Positions 15,928 through 25,373 of a stretch of 32,000 nt of DNA are shown here, piece after piece. Under the pieces are notes generated by a model, which saw nothing but the letters and a program-made list of their open reading frames with translations, was not told where the DNA came from and did no database searches. Origin of the DNA: Candidatus Scalindua sp. (lineage in GTDB: Bacteria; Planctomycetota; Brocadiia; Brocadiales; Scalinduaceae); assembly GCA_031316235.1 (NCBI GenBank), contig JALDRA010000001.1, forward strand, positions 3,120,001-3,152,000, given 5' to 3'. Positions within the stretch are counted from its first letter, which is position 1; each line of letters begins with the position of its first letter. Made by a program: the position numbers and the translations under genes.

Positions 15928-16205
15928 TGACTGCTTAACGGGATGGGGAGGGTGATTCACCATTGATGCAGTGAGTGAGCGGGACAATTTTTCACTCTCC
16001 TGTTTTTTTTTAATAATTTTCATGCATGAATTTGTATAATTTTACAACGATGGTGTTTAAATTTTCGGTAAGAGCGGTGATTGAGTTCCCGTCTTATCAG
16101 GTGACATACTGGTACGGAAGGAAATCTCCTGTCATGAGATGGGGAGCTCTCAATGGAAACTTACCCTGCTGGATGATCGTACGGTGAGCGCGCAGATTTT
16201 TGAAG

Positions 16206-16232
16206 AAAAATATCTCTCTTCTTCGAAGAGAT
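16206..16232 (-). terminator. Candidate intrinsic terminator downstream of the HD-GYP gene
   Basis: On the minus strand: TCTCTTC-GAA-GAAGAGA (7-bp stem, 16215-16221/16225-16231), then GATATTTTT. Lies 26 nt after the stop at 16258-16260. Confidence 0.45.
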
Positions 16233-16257
16233 GCAGGTATGATTTCCCGGGAAGAAC

Positions 16258-18726
16258 CTACACCTTTATGGGAATGGCTGTTTCTGATTTGTCATGCGGC
16301 TCTATTATACGGTTTTCAGGGCATTGATTAATAGAGGTGAGGAAAATTGCTGCAAGTTTCGGATCAAACTGGGTCCCTGCACCCCTTTCAATTTCCTGGC
16401 AGGCTATTTCCATCGAGAGTCCCTTTCTATAAACCCTGTCTGATGTCATTGCGTCATAGGCATCGGCAATTGAGATGATCCTTGCTATCAGATGGATATC
16501 ATCCCCCTTTAAACCATCAGGATACCCCTTGCCATCATACCGTTCATGGTGGTTGCGTACACCGGGCATCAGGACACTTAATCGGGACATCGGTTCCAGA
16601 ATTTTGCTCCCCTTCAGGGGGTGTGATTGTATTATTTCAAATTCTTTCGCTGATAGACGGCCCGGTTTATTTAAAATATCACCACTGATTCCAATTTTTC
16701 CAATATCATGAATAGTGGAAGAGAGCTCTATAAATTCCAGTTCTCCCGGTGTCAGACCCAGCTCCCTTCCAATCCCGACACTGTATCCGGCCACCCGCTT
16801 CGAATGTCCATGGGTATAGGAGTCTCTTGCATCAAGGGCTGTCGAAATTGATTTGATATAATCAAGGAAGATGGAGTGAATACTGTTATTGAGCTGATGA
16901 TTTTCGATTGCGATGGCAATCTGATGAGTGAATGAAGAGAGTACTCTCAGTTCTTCAGAGGTAAATTTTGACAAGGGTGAAAATGCTGAAGTTGGCTTGT
17001 TGCAGAGGAAAAGGGTCCCTATGATCTGTCTTCTCAAAAATATTGGGACACAGAATACACTCCGTATAGCTGTCTGTAGCAGTGACAAATCGGGATGAAT
17101 AGAGAGATCATCAATCCAGACAGGCTTTTCATCGGAGAGAATCCAGGTATTTACCACGTCTGCTATTCTGTCTAATTCTTCTCTGGTTCCATGAAGAGCT
17201 GTTGCGGTAGAGTGTTTAAAACATTGTGTATCTCCATCCAGGGTATAGAGTGCGACCATTTCACAGCGGGTTGTTTTTTTTATAGGATCTAAAAAACCTG
17301 ATGGCAGTGTTGATGAAACGGTGAGCGCAGAAGTGATCCTGACATCTTCCTGAAAGCGTTGTAAAGAATACTCATCAGGTTCATGGGTAGATGTCGTGAT
17401 CTCTCCGACCTCAAGAAGCATGTTTAATTCAAGTTCTCTCATGGCCGATTCTTTGTTGGCAACACTGAGATTGACAGCCAGACAGGCACCGGTATTCATC
17501 AAAAGCATTGTTACGAACGGCATCATTTCAATCATTAAATTTGCTTTTTGAAATAAGAACAGACTGGTAAATGCAACAATTCCTGAGAGTAAAAACAGGA
17601 ACAAAAGACCGCCTGCAAGGAGAGAATAGGTACTGCCCCGTATGCGTATCCTGAAAATGAGTATGCTCAGGAGTATTGATACACCCACGATGATGGATAT
17701 AATGGTGTAAGACTGAGGTACCCGGATGAAATTTTCCGTCAACAGGTTGTAAAGGATGTTTGCATGCAGGAATATTCCGAATTTACGTTCAAAGGGTGTA
17801 ACATGAATGTCCTGTTCCGCACCTGGTGAGGTAATACCAAAGAGAACAATTTTGTCTTTGAAGTGGTCGGCGGGGAGCCTGTTTTCATTTTGTAACGATA
17901 CGTCTGAAAATGAGTATAAGGTGATAGGTTTCTCTTTTCCTATCTTATCCAGCCATTGAACGCTGTTTTGCTGGTATAAATTAATGTATTTTTCAAAATC
18001 TATATAATTAATCGGCAAACAACTATTTTTGTCAAGGGGTATCGTTAATTCACCTATTCTGAAATGATTTCCATGATATGACTGGATTTCAGGTTCAATC
18101 CCCTTTGATTCGAGAAATGCGGAAAGGGCGAAAGGGAGAAAACGTTTCCTGCCGTCTGCACTCGATATTTGAAGGGGTATCCTTCTTGCAACTCCGTCAC
18201 TATCATAAAATACGTTTAAGTGGCCTGTTCTTTTTGTCGAGTCGGAGAGTAATTTTATATTTTCAATTATTTTTCCCTTGTAAATGCCATTTTCAGGCCT
18301 TGTTCTGAAAAGATTAACCGTTGGACTCCATATAGGGAAGATAGTCATATCAGCGTTAATGGCAGCTTCTGATAAAGCGGTATCGTTCTCTGGATTTTCA
18401 CTATCCTGGAGGTCGAAAAACATATCAAAGGCAATAACACTGGCGCCGCCTTTTTTTAAATAGTCTACCAATTCTGCATAACGGCTTCTTGGCCAGGGCA
18501 GATGGCCGAACAGTTGCATATCTTCATCCGTAATGCCAATTACTGCTATTTTTGGCACATCGAGTCTCTTTTTGACGCTATTATTTCTGAGACGCCAGTC
18601 GTACAAGATTTTTTCCGGCTTATCAAAGATTCCGGTAAAGGATAACAAGGATATGATTGCCGTGACCGTTAACCCCCACAGGAAACCATGGAAGTTTTGT
18701 TTTATAAAAGGCTTAACATTAAGCAT
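16258..18726 (-). CDS. CHASE2-sensor c-di-GMP phosphodiesterase (CHASE2-TM-GAF-HD-GYP)
   Basis: CHASE2 region (FGHLPWPRSRYAELVDYL...VIAFDMFF...HLNVFYDSDGVARRIPL), a block of TM helices, a GAF-like middle domain, and a C-terminal HD-GYP (HGHSKRV...HDIGKIG...HHERYDGKGYPDGL). Confidence 0.88.
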   Translation of the reverse strand: MLNVKPFIKQNFHGFLWGLTVTAIISLLSFTGIFDKPEKILYDWRLRNNSVKKRLDVPKIAVIGITDEDMQLFGHLPWPRSRYAELVDYLKKGGASVIAFDMFFDLQDSENPENDTALSEAAINADMTIFPIWSPTVNLFRTRPENGIYKGKIIENIKLLSDSTKRTGHLNVFYDSDGVARRIPLQISSADGRKRFLPFALSAFLESKGIEPEIQSYHGNHFRIGELTIPLDKNSCLPINYIDFEKYINLYQQNSVQWLDKIGKEKPITLYSFSDVSLQNENRLPADHFKDKIVLFGITSPGAEQDIHVTPFERKFGIFLHANILYNLLTENFIRVPQSYTIISIIVGVSILLSILIFRIRIRGSTYSLLAGGLLFLFLLSGIVAFTSLFLFQKANLMIEMMPFVTMLLMNTGACLAVNLSVANKESAMRELELNMLLEVGEITTSTHEPDEYSLQRFQEDVRITSALTVSSTLPSGFLDPIKKTTRCEMVALYTLDGDTQCFKHSTATALHGTREELDRIADVVNTWILSDEKPVWIDDLSIHPDLSLLQTAIRSVFCVPIFLRRQIIGTLFLCNKPTSAFSPLSKFTSEELRVLSSFTHQIAIAIENHQLNNSIHSIFLDYIKSISTALDARDSYTHGHSKRVAGYSVGIGRELGLTPGELEFIELSSTIHDIGKIGISGDILNKPGRLSAKEFEIIQSHPLKGSKILEPMSRLSVLMPGVRNHHERYDGKGYPDGLKGDDIHLIARIISIADAYDAMTSDRVYRKGLSMEIACQEIERGAGTQFDPKLAAIFLTSINQCPENRIIEPHDKSETAIPIKV

Positions 18727-18801
18727 GGCATTGCATCTGATTCATTATTTCAGTTCAAAAAATGATGCACAGAAAAACTCTGATGAGAGCAAATGGTAGT
18801 A

Positions 18802-18915
18802 ATTATACTCATCTCATACTGGATTTCGGATAAAATCCGAGTTAAAATTGAGCGAGTATACCTTCACCAAGATTTTGTTTCCGGTAAAACCGAAAACCAA
18901 ATCGGTTTTAGTATA
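18802..18915 (-). repeat. Intergenic repeat family 1, copy F (short form, inverted)
   Basis: The reverse complement is TATACTAAAACCGATTTGGTTTTCGGTTTTACCGGAAACAAAATCTTGGTGAAGGTATACTCGCTCAATTTTAACTCGGATTTTATCCGAAATCCAGTATGAGATGAGTATAAT, about 6 mismatches from copy A. The TATAAT end lies 76 nt upstream of the HD-GYP gene start. Confidence 0.9.
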
Positions 18916-19215
18916 TCCGGTTGATGAAGCCGTCATTTCGTGATGGATTCGTGGTATCATGTACTATTTATCGGGCAAAGGGAGTAATTATTTATTTTAG
19001 AAGGGAGTACTTTTTTACTATACGGCCATATAACCAGTTATCCTGTCGCAACTTTCGGGAAATATCGTGCCGGTCAGGGGACATATTCCCGGCTACTCAT
19101 TGAAAAAGAACTTACTCTACCCATTGCAGATTGATTTCCTTTTCATAACCCGATTGCAATGTATCATTTTTCTCAATGTATCGTCAGGAAGGATGCGCTC
19201 AACTCGTGATTCTTA

Positions 19216-19243
19216 TTGACATTCATCTTTAATATCCTATAAT
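19216..19243 (+). promoter_or_regulatory. Consensus sigma70-type promoter upstream of purA
   Basis: TTGACA (19216-19221), 16-nt spacer, TATAAT (19238-19243), both hexamers perfect. About 190 nt upstream of the purA start. Confidence 0.55.
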
Positions 19244-19420
19244 TGCAACTATTTGTTTATCAAAGGGTTCTGTGGAAAATTTCCCGGAAAACTGTTCATA
19301 AATCTCCTGCTGCTGTCCCTCTCAGGCGGGGTGTTGAAGATGGCTGAAGCAATGAAAAAGAGGAGATGGAGAACCTTTAACGCTGATTCAGAGAACTCTT
19401 ATTTTTTTTCTTATACTTAA

Positions 19421-20710
<1,290 letters not shown>

Positions 20711-20712
20711 CT

Positions 20713-21429
20713 ATGGCTAAAGGAATCAAATTACCGAATCATATCGCCATTATTATGGATGGTAATGGCCGGTGGGCCAGGAGAAAAGGATTTTTGAGAA
20801 TAAGGGGGCATGAGGAAGGTGTCAAGTCGGTCAGGGAGATAACTACAGAGTGTGCAGGAATGCATATTGAACAATTAACGCTCTATGCTTTTTCAAATGA
20901 GAACTGGAAACGTTCTAAAATAGAGGTGGATTTCCTGATGCAGATGCTGAAAAAGTATTTGATCGAGGAGCGAAAAACAATAGAAGAAAACAATATTATC
21001 TTGAAGACTATAGGAAGAATTGAAGCCCTGCCGGAAGATGTTCAGAAAGAGTTGTCAATAAGCATCGAAGAAAGTAGGGGGAATACGGGAATGATTTTAT
21101 GTCTTGCCCTTAACTATGGTGGGAGAACAGAAATAATTGATGCAGCGAAACGGTTGGTGGAAGATACCGAGAACGGGAAAATTACTCATCAGGCAGTAAA
21201 TGAGGTTTTGTTCAAGAGTTATCTGTATACATCAGAAATGTCAGATCCGGATCTGCTGATCCGGACGGGTGGTGAAATGCGGGTGAGTAATTTTTTGCTG
21301 TGGGAGATCTCATATGCGGAGCTCTGGTTTACCCCGGTCTACTGGCCTGAATTCAGAAAAAAACAACTGGAGGAGGCTTTAAAGGGATATATGAAGAGGG
21401 AGAGGAGGTTTGGGGGATTAATAACGTAA
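20713..21429 (+). CDS. uppS: Undecaprenyl (isoprenyl) diphosphate synthase
   Basis: HIAIIMDGNGRWA, FSNENWKR, LIRTGGEMRVSNFLLWEISYAEL. Starts 2 nt after the purA stop. Confidence 0.95.
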   Translation: MAKGIKLPNHIAIIMDGNGRWARRKGFLRIRGHEEGVKSVREITTECAGMHIEQLTLYAFSNENWKRSKIEVDFLMQMLKKYLIEERKTIEENNIILKTIGRIEALPEDVQKELSISIEESRGNTGMILCLALNYGGRTEIIDAAKRLVEDTENGKITHQAVNEVLFKSYLYTSEMSDPDLLIRTGGEMRVSNFLLWEISYAELWFTPVYWPEFRKKQLEEALKGYMKRERRFGGLIT

Positions 21430-21464
21430 AAGTACTGAAGACCCGAATTCTTCTTGGGACTGCC

Positions 21465-22256
21465 ATGCTTGTGCTCTTCTTTGGCATTTTGTTCTTAGAT
21501 TACATCTTTGATTCGGATATAGGACTCGGTGTTCTCAGTGTAATTATGGGCCTGGTTGGCTTATGGGAATTTTATGGCCTCGTAGAAAAAAAAGATTTTA
21601 CACCTTTCAAGTTGTCAGGTATTGTTTGTGGTGTTATCGTTTTTCTGGGGTTATGGTTATCTGTCTACCGCGAAGGTTTTGGCCAGGTTTTTTATGGCAT
21701 ATTTGTTTTCATTGTATTGTGGCTGTTTGGTAACCAGTTTTGCAAACAGGGCATTAACGATGCAATCAAAAATGTTTCAGTCACAATCTTTGGAATCATT
21801 TATACCTTCTATTTTCTCTCCTTCGTGATGCTGCTGCGTCATATGCAGAAAGGCTTTGGTATAATACTCCTGGTCTTGTTGATCACGAAAGGCGGGGATA
21901 TCGGCGGGTATTTCTTTGGCAGCTGGCTTGGGAAGCATAAGCTGACTCCCATCAGCCCGAAAAAAACAATTGAGGGTGCACTGTTTTGTTTGCTGAGTAG
22001 CGTGGCAATTGCAGTAGGTTTAAACAGTATACCGGGCATGAGGATTTTACCCATCTACCTGATTGTTCCATTTGGTTTGCTGTTGAGCGCGGTGGGTATT
22101 TTCGGTGATTTAATTGAATCGGCTATGAAAAGAGATATGGAGGTGAAAGATTCGAGCAGTGTTATTCCGGCTTTTGGCGGGATTCTTGATATAATTGATT
22201 CACTGCTTATCTCTATACCTGTTGCCTACTATTTTCTTGTGATGATAGGATATTGA
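21465..22256 (+). CDS. cdsA: Phosphatidate cytidylyltransferase
   Basis: Polytopic membrane protein with the C-terminal CTP-transferase signature SAMKRDMEVKDSSSVIPAFGGILDIIDS. In-frame upstream codons encode LKTRILLGTA, so a non-ATG start a few codons earlier is possible. Confidence 0.85.
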   Translation: MLVLFFGILFLDYIFDSDIGLGVLSVIMGLVGLWEFYGLVEKKDFTPFKLSGIVCGVIVFLGLWLSVYREGFGQVFYGIFVFIVLWLFGNQFCKQGINDAIKNVSVTIFGIIYTFYFLSFVMLLRHMQKGFGIILLVLLITKGGDIGGYFFGSWLGKHKLTPISPKKTIEGALFCLLSSVAIAVGLNSIPGMRILPIYLIVPFGLLLSAVGIFGDLIESAMKRDMEVKDSSSVIPAFGGILDIIDSLLISIPVAYYFLVMIGY

Positions 22257-22260
22257 TGCT

Positions 22261-23187
22261 GTGGGGGAAATCCAGTTAGAAAGTAATAACGAATCTGCAT
22301 TGTTGTTCGGAGTTCATGACAAAAACCTGAGGTTGTTAAGAAATAAATATAATGTTAACATTGTAGCCAGGGACGGGGTCTTGAAATTCGAAGGTGAAGA
22401 TAACCAGGTCAGGGAAATAACGGAGGTTGTCAGGGCTTTGATGGAGATAGTCCGGACATCAGGGAAGCTGGATGAACAAGATATACAGATTGTTATTGAT
22501 AGTAGAAATCAGGGCTCGGACTATGTGCAATCAGACCAGGCCATAGATGTATTCCTGCAAGGACACCCGGTAAGGCCCAAGACTGAAGGTCAGCAGAGTT
22601 ATGTAAATGCGATAAGGAAAAATGATCTGGTTTTCTGTATCGGCCCTGCAGGTACCGGGAAGACGTACCTGGCAGTAGCCCTGGCACTCTCCACGCTGAA
22701 GAGCGGATGTCTTAAGAAGATTGTTCTTGCGCGTCCTGCAGTTGAGGCAGGAGAGAAACTGGGTTTTCTGCCCGGAGATATTCAGGCGAAAGTGAACCCT
22801 TATCTGCGCCCTTTGTATGATGCATTGTCCGACATGGTTGAGTTCGGGCAGGTGAAAAAATACATCGAGAATGATCTGGTGGAGATACTTCCCCTTGCCT
22901 TTATGAGGGGGAGAACGTTAAATGACTCTTTTATCATCCTTGATGAGGCTCAAAATTGTACGGTAAAGCAAATGAAGACATTCCTGACACGTCTCGGGAA
23001 AAGGACGAAGGTAGTGGTTACCGGTGATATTACCCAGGTTGATCTGCCCTCAAGTGAGGTGTCAGGTCTCACTGATGTGCAGGAGAGATTGAAGGGTATT
23101 CCCGGTATTGGTTTTGTGTATCTTACCAAAAAAGATATTGTGCGTCATAGACTTGTTCAGTACATTGTTGATGCATATGAGACGTAG
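22261..23187 (+). CDS. phoH: PhoH-family ATPase (PhoH/YbeZ)
   Basis: Walker A GPAGTGKTYLAVA, Walker B FIILDEAQN, VVTGDITQVDLP. Classic position upstream of ybeY. Confidence 0.9.
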   Translation: MGEIQLESNNESALLFGVHDKNLRLLRNKYNVNIVARDGVLKFEGEDNQVREITEVVRALMEIVRTSGKLDEQDIQIVIDSRNQGSDYVQSDQAIDVFLQGHPVRPKTEGQQSYVNAIRKNDLVFCIGPAGTGKTYLAVALALSTLKSGCLKKIVLARPAVEAGEKLGFLPGDIQAKVNPYLRPLYDALSDMVEFGQVKKYIENDLVEILPLAFMRGRTLNDSFIILDEAQNCTVKQMKTFLTRLGKRTKVVVTGDITQVDLPSSEVSGLTDVQERLKGIPGIGFVYLTKKDIVRHRLVQYIVDAYET

Positions 23188-23215
23188 TAAATAGACCGTA
23201 AATTTATGATGGACG

Positions 23216-23674
23216 GTGTCTTCGAAAATGATTGTAGAGATAGCAGACTTGCAAAAACATTATGGGATCAAGAAGGAGAAGGTGAAAAGGGCCGTAAGGG
23301 ATTTCCTGAAGAGGGAAGGCAGGGATGCGAAACTGAGCATTGCTTTTGTTGATAATAAAGAGATAAAGAAAGTAAACCAGCGTTTTCTCTCTTCTGATGA
23401 AATAACAGATGTGATATCGTTTCCTTTGGGAGGGGAGAGCGGATTCGTAAATGGAGAAATAATTGTCTCGGTGGAGACTGCAGTAGAGGTGGCACAGAGC
23501 AGACAATCAAGTGTTGAAGGTGAAATAATCCTTTATGTTGTCCATGGCATATTGCATCTGTTGGGATTTGATGATAACAACAGGGCGAATTCCAGGATTA
23601 TGCGTGAAAAGGAAACGGAGGTTCTTTCCTTTTTAGGGTATCGTGTGGCTGAGATTGAAGATGGGTTTCTATAA
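23216..23674 (+). CDS. ybeY: rRNA maturation endoribonuclease YbeY
   Basis: Metal-binding motif HGILHLLGFDD, about 150 aa. The start may be the ATG at 23228. Confidence 0.9.
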   Translation: MSSKMIVEIADLQKHYGIKKEKVKRAVRDFLKREGRDAKLSIAFVDNKEIKKVNQRFLSSDEITDVISFPLGGESGFVNGEIIVSVETAVEVAQSRQSSVEGEIILYVVHGILHLLGFDDNNRANSRIMREKETEVLSFLGYRVAEIEDGFL

Positions 23675-24401
23675 TACACCAGCTATAACACTGAGAAAAA
23701 TTGATTATGGTGACTCCAGTCAGATAATAACATTTTTTACCCGTGAATATGGAAAAATCCAAACACTGGCAAAAGGATTAAAACTTCCGGTCAAGGGTAT
23801 CAGTGGCGGGATAGATCTCTTTACCCATAACCATATAGTATTTATCCAGCGGGGAAGATCGCAGCTTCATATCCTGGCAGAATGGGTGCTGGAGGAGAGT
23901 TTTTGTTCGTTGAGAGATAATTTGAGAAAATTCTACTCTGCCTTATATTTACTGGAGCTTGTGGGAGAGTTTACCGAGATAAACGACAAAAATGAGTCTC
24001 TGTTTGATCTCATGGTGAATACGCTGTATGTGGTTGCAAATGGTGAGGATCCGACTGTAAGTATTCTGGCATTTGAGGTACAGATGCTCTCGTTAATCGG
24101 GTATATGCCGGAAATGAATCATTGTGTTTCGTGTAAATCGGAAATCGACTTGACCAGGGCTGCGTTGTTTAATGCATCTGAAGGCGGCTTGATCTGTCAA
24201 TCCTGCGGGGGGTACCTGAAAGAACGGATAAAAATTATGGGTGGAACCATTGCCACCATTAACTGTCTGGCAGGTAAGAGAGTTGTGAGGCTGGAGCGTC
24301 TCAGGATTGAGCCGCTCATTCGAAATGAAATAAGACAGCTCCTGAGATACTATTTTTCTTCCTTACTGAATAAAGAACTGAAGATGTGGAAATATTTATG
24401 A
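23661..24401 (+). CDS. recO: DNA repair protein RecO
   Basis: N-terminal OB-fold pattern PAITLRKIDYGDSSQIITFFTREYGKI..LAKG, and a Zn motif CVSC...CQSC. The ATG at 23661 overlaps the ybeY end by 14 nt. The ORF is open from 23643. Confidence 0.85.
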   Translation: MGFYNTPAITLRKIDYGDSSQIITFFTREYGKIQTLAKGLKLPVKGISGGIDLFTHNHIVFIQRGRSQLHILAEWVLEESFCSLRDNLRKFYSALYLLELVGEFTEINDKNESLFDLMVNTLYVVANGEDPTVSILAFEVQMLSLIGYMPEMNHCVSCKSEIDLTRAALFNASEGGLICQSCGGYLKERIKIMGGTIATINCLAGKRVVRLERLRIEPLIRNEIRQLLRYYFSSLLNKELKMWKYL

Positions 24402-25324
24402 AAAAACTGTTACTCCTGTTTACCATTCTTTCTGTCACCGTGTTTTTCTGCGTAAAAATATCATGTGCGAAACTGATATGGAGCACCGAGACAGGCTGGG
24501 TTGATCCGGTAACGTTACCAAAAGAGACGGATAATCAACTCTTTCAGTACGCTATTGCCTTGATCGTAAACAAGGAGTACATAAGCGCTATCGGGGTGTT
24601 GAACAGTATCATCAAGAATAACCCCGGCTCAGAAATTGCAGAAGAAGCACAGATGAAAATGGGCAAGGCGTATTACCTGCTGGGTGACTATAAGGCAGCC
24701 TTCGATGTCTATGAGCAATTGCTGGAACAAGATCGGGGATCACGCAGATTAAAAGAGATAATAGGGAAGGAATTTCAGATTGGAATTGCTCAGATGGAAA
24801 GGGATGAAAGGGGTGCTATTAAAGTCTTTGAAAGAATAATAGAGTTGAATCCTCTTGGGTTTACCGCTGCTGATGCTCAGATTAAGATCGCCGATTGTTA
24901 TTATCAGATGAGTCAATTTGAAAATGCAATAGAAGCATTTCGTCTGGTTATGGAGAACTATCCGAATAGCGAATGGGTGCCTTATGCCCAGTTTAGAATT
25001 CCGTATTGCAAATTAAGTAATATTCGTATTCAAGAGAGAAATTATGAGCTGTTAGAGCAATCGAGAGAAGGTTTTGAAGAGTATATAGCCAATAATCCAC
25101 AAGGGTCACTGGTTGCTTCCGCACAGGAAATAATTGAGGAGATTGATATATCGAGGGCCGAGAGAGACTACAGGGCGGGTGAGTTCTATCTGCGTAAAAA
25201 GAGGCCGGATGCCAGCGCTATCTATTTTAAGTCGGTAGAAAAAGAGTTTCCTGACACAGAGTGGGCAGATCTGGCGAGAGAAAAGCTTGAATGGCTGAGG
25301 TCCATCGAGGCAATAGGTCAATAG
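24398..25324 (+). CDS. bamD: TPR-repeat outer-membrane assembly lipoprotein, BamD/YfiO-like
   Basis: Signal peptide MKKLLLLFTILSVTVFFC, then TPR-like helices with the BamD-like pattern (YAIALIVNKEY..A...L..II...P.S..A.EAQ..MG.AYY..GDY..A...Y). ATGA overlap with the recO stop. Confidence 0.6.
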   Translation: MKKLLLLFTILSVTVFFCVKISCAKLIWSTETGWVDPVTLPKETDNQLFQYAIALIVNKEYISAIGVLNSIIKNNPGSEIAEEAQMKMGKAYYLLGDYKAAFDVYEQLLEQDRGSRRLKEIIGKEFQIGIAQMERDERGAIKVFERIIELNPLGFTAADAQIKIADCYYQMSQFENAIEAFRLVMENYPNSEWVPYAQFRIPYCKLSNIRIQERNYELLEQSREGFEEYIANNPQGSLVASAQEIIEEIDISRAERDYRAGEFYLRKKRPDASAIYFKSVEKEFPDTEWADLAREKLEWLRSIEAIGQ

Positions 25325-25373
25325 TTTTCGTTCCTCCACTGAGTTTCTGTTAAAGCACTTGTTCGTTAGACAA

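Noticed and set aside
7173-16023. ORFs in the track that run through family-1 repeats on the minus strand (7173-7355, 13233-13493, 13373-13639, 15577-15768, 15781-16023), giving recurring peptides such as THLIL(D/N)FGYNP and LISYWISDTIREK.
   Set aside because: The similarity is DNA-level and appears in two different frames of the same copy. The ORFs extend into antisense of neighbouring genes or unrelated spacer, lack a consistent start or RBS, and are disrupted by the cassette indels.
601-18915. Could the family-1 repeats be a CRISPR array or leader?
   Set aside because: The copies are 114-168 nt, dispersed over 18 kb in both orientations and separated by genes. There is no regular short repeat/spacer periodicity and no cas genes.
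601-18915. Could the family-1 repeats be c-di-GMP (GEMM-I/II) riboswitches, given the neighbouring genes?
   Set aside because: I could not find the conserved GEMM features (the GNRA loop/receptor pair with ACGCAAAGC-type cores). Orientation relative to the downstream genes is also inconsistent: A and B are antisense and F is sense.
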